Part shown: positions 62,438 through 64,000 of the stretch, in pieces
Layout of the letters: every line of letters begins with the position of its first letter
Position numbering within the stretch: the first letter of the stretch is position 1
DNA from: a virus
Taxonomy: Duplodnaviria; Caudoviricetes
Strand: one strand, 5' to 3'
Length of the DNA: 64,000 bases
Virus record (IMG/VR): IMGVR_UViG_3300014208_000026
Span: 193,182-257,181 of that record
Notes under the pieces: generated by a model
Databases searched by the model: none
Seen by the model: the letters and a program-made list of their open reading frames with translations, nothing else
Told to the model about the DNA's origin: nothing
Program-made: the position numbers and the translations under genes

Positions 62438-63063
62438 GAGTGATCACAGTAGCCCGTAAACCCCTGAGTGGAACCGTGGCTCAGACCGCTCTCCTCCATG
62501 GTACGGGCGGCTTGAACATCGACGCTACCCGCATCGGGGTTTTCCAGAACACAACTCCCTCGGGCGCGAACCGGTTCAACCAGCGGCTACAAGAGCAGGG
62601 CTATCGACCTGGGGCCTATCCCGTAGAAGAGAAGGTGCCAGAGGGCGGTTCCGGTAGGTGGCCTTCAAACCTCGTTTTGGTTCACAAAGAGAGTTGTTGC
62701 TGTACGGGCACGAGAGAGGTTCGTTCCGACGGGCACTTCCCCAAGGCCCGTTCCTCGGGGAGTCAGGTTTGCGGGCCTTCGGGACACGCCGGACAAGAGG
62801 GACTGGAGGAACGGAAAACTGACGGGGAAGCGGTTGAGGCTTGGGAGTGTGCCGCAGGTTGTCCGGTGAAAGAGTTAGACGAGGGAGTGGGGGTTTTGAA
62901 AAGCGGGGCGGTGAAACAGGGATGCATGAGGCATAATAGCACCCAACCGAGCCGTGGTGGGTTTGAAGGGGGATTCGGGGATTCCCCTCTAACGGGGTTC
63001 GGGGATTCAGGTGGTGCCTCCAGGTTCTTCAAACAGGTACGGGGCGAGAGTTCTGGTCACTAG
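62434..63063 (+). CDS. DNA methyltransferase middle (TRD-like) module B3
   Basis: RVITVARKPLSGTVAQ..GTGGLNID..GRWPSNL..GGASRFFKQ. Confidence 0.8.
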   Translation: MRVITVARKPLSGTVAQTALLHGTGGLNIDATRIGVFQNTTPSGANRFNQRLQEQGYRPGAYPVEEKVPEGGSGRWPSNLVLVHKESCCCTGTREVRSDGHFPKARSSGSQVCGPSGHAGQEGLEERKTDGEAVEAWECAAGCPVKELDEGVGVLKSGAVKQGCMRHNSTQPSRGGFEGGFGDSPLTGFGDSGGASRFFKQVRGESSGH

Positions 63064-63072
63064 CCGATTTCT

Positions 63073-63103
63073 GTTTCATTCCACCCTCAAATGGCGTATA
63101 TAG
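63073..63103 (+). promoter_or_regulatory. Early-type promoter
   Basis: GTTTCATT-N12-GGCGTATATAG. Confidence 0.7.
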
Positions 63104-63130
63104 AGACTGCAACCGTGGGAGCCCCTTGCT

Positions 63131-64000
63131 ATGACCACTGAGATCGTCGACATCGCCGCCTTGGTAAAGCGCCTTCGGGACGCCCGTGAGGCTTATTACG
63201 TGGACTCCAACCCTACGATGAGCGACGCTTCGTTCGACGCTCTCGAAGATGCGCTGCGGGCCATCGCCCCGTCGCATCCCTATTTCGATGAGGTCGGGGC
63301 TCCGGTGCGGTCTGCTACTGTGGCTCCCGTCCCTGCTTCGCAACCGCAGGACGCCCTGGATTTCCTCATGGGGAACTCCAAGGCAACGATTTCTACCCCT
63401 GTTCCCGTCCCCCCTTTCGCTTACTCCCTCTTGTCCACTCCGTCCCCTGCTGCTCCCGCTCTCAAGGAGTGGAAGAACGTCACGCACAAGGCTCCCATGG
63501 GGTCGTTGAACAAGGCCAACGTGTTCGCAGAGCTGGAAACTTGGTGGAAGGACGGCACCCTGGGCGGCATGATTGCCCAGATGATGTGCATTTCCGACAA
63601 GTGCGACGGGATCTCTATCAGCGAGTTGTACAAGAACGGGAAACTGGTCCAGGCCGTGACTCGCGGGAACGGCTCCGTGGGCGAGGATATTACGGTGAAT
63701 GTCCTCAAGATGAAGGGGGTTCGGAAGAGCATTCCGGATTTCTCCGGTCACCTGCGTGGAGAGATCATCGTCACCCACGAGGATATGGAGCGGCACTTCG
63801 AGGGGTATTCCAACCCCCGAAATACGGCGTCCGGTGTTGCCAAGAGGTTTGACGGCGAGGGTTGCGAGAACCTGACGGTCCTGCACTACCAAGTCCTTCC
63901 GGACGCGGGTTGTGCGTCGACCCCTCCGTTCAAGTCGAAGCTCAAGGAATTCCAGTGGCTCCAGAAGATCGGCGTCGGGGTTCCTCGTTTCTCGGTGGCG
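63131..64000 (+). CDS. ligA: NAD-dependent DNA ligase, 5' part (runs off window)
   Basis: Translated manually: AYY..SDASFDAL..VGAP..HKAPMGSLNKA..SDKCDGIS..AVTRGNGSVGEDITVN..LRGE..NPRNTASG. Confidence 0.93.
   Translation, partial: MTTEIVDIAALVKRLRDAREAYYVDSNPTMSDASFDALEDALRAIAPSHPYFDEVGAPVRSATVAPVPASQPQDALDFLMGNSKATISTPVPVPPFAYSLLSTPSPAAPALKEWKNVTHKAPMGSLNKANVFAELETWWKDGTLGGMIAQMMCISDKCDGISISELYKNGKLVQAVTRGNGSVGEDITVNVLKMKGVRKSIPDFSGHLRGEIIVTHEDMERHFEGYSNPRNTASGVAKRFDGEGCENLTVLHYQVLPDAGCASTPPFKSKLKEFQWLQKIGVGVPRFSVA

Overview
The window looks like part of a large dsDNA tailed-phage genome (contractile-tail, jumbo-like), read in genetic code 11. From left to right: (1) a partial tnpB running off the left edge; (2) a baseplate/tail operon with gp25-like, baseplate J-like, wedge, tail fibre, collar and very large beta-helix/tailspike genes, interrupted by a high-GC minus-strand cassette of paralogous small virion-type genes; (3) an accessory region with a Cys-rich lipoprotein resembling myxobacterial proteins, a double NUMOD4-HNH endonuclease, a Type IIG-like fused restriction-modification enzyme, a Tpt1/KptA RNA 2'-phosphotransferase, a DUF262-like protein and small paralogues; (4) a second structural block; (5) a replication/modification block with an SNF2 helicase, DnaC-like protein, DnaB, DNA methyltransferase pieces, an HNH-Vsr nuclease and a partial NAD-dependent ligase. 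Two recurrent promoter-like motifs (GTTTCATT-N12-GGTGTATACAG and CTATAG-N6/7-YTAGGTAGG) separate accessory from structural genes. The most striking signal is an N4/N6 DNA methyltransferase broken into separately encoded modules: a catalytic DPPY piece, a SAM-binding piece and three paralogous Zn-binding specificity-like pieces. Its catalytic gene has GGT-TAG-TCA-CTC-TAA-GGT directly after DPPY, resembling programmed ribosomal bypassing, and also carries a mini-intein. All family assignments come from motif recognition by eye; no database searches were run.
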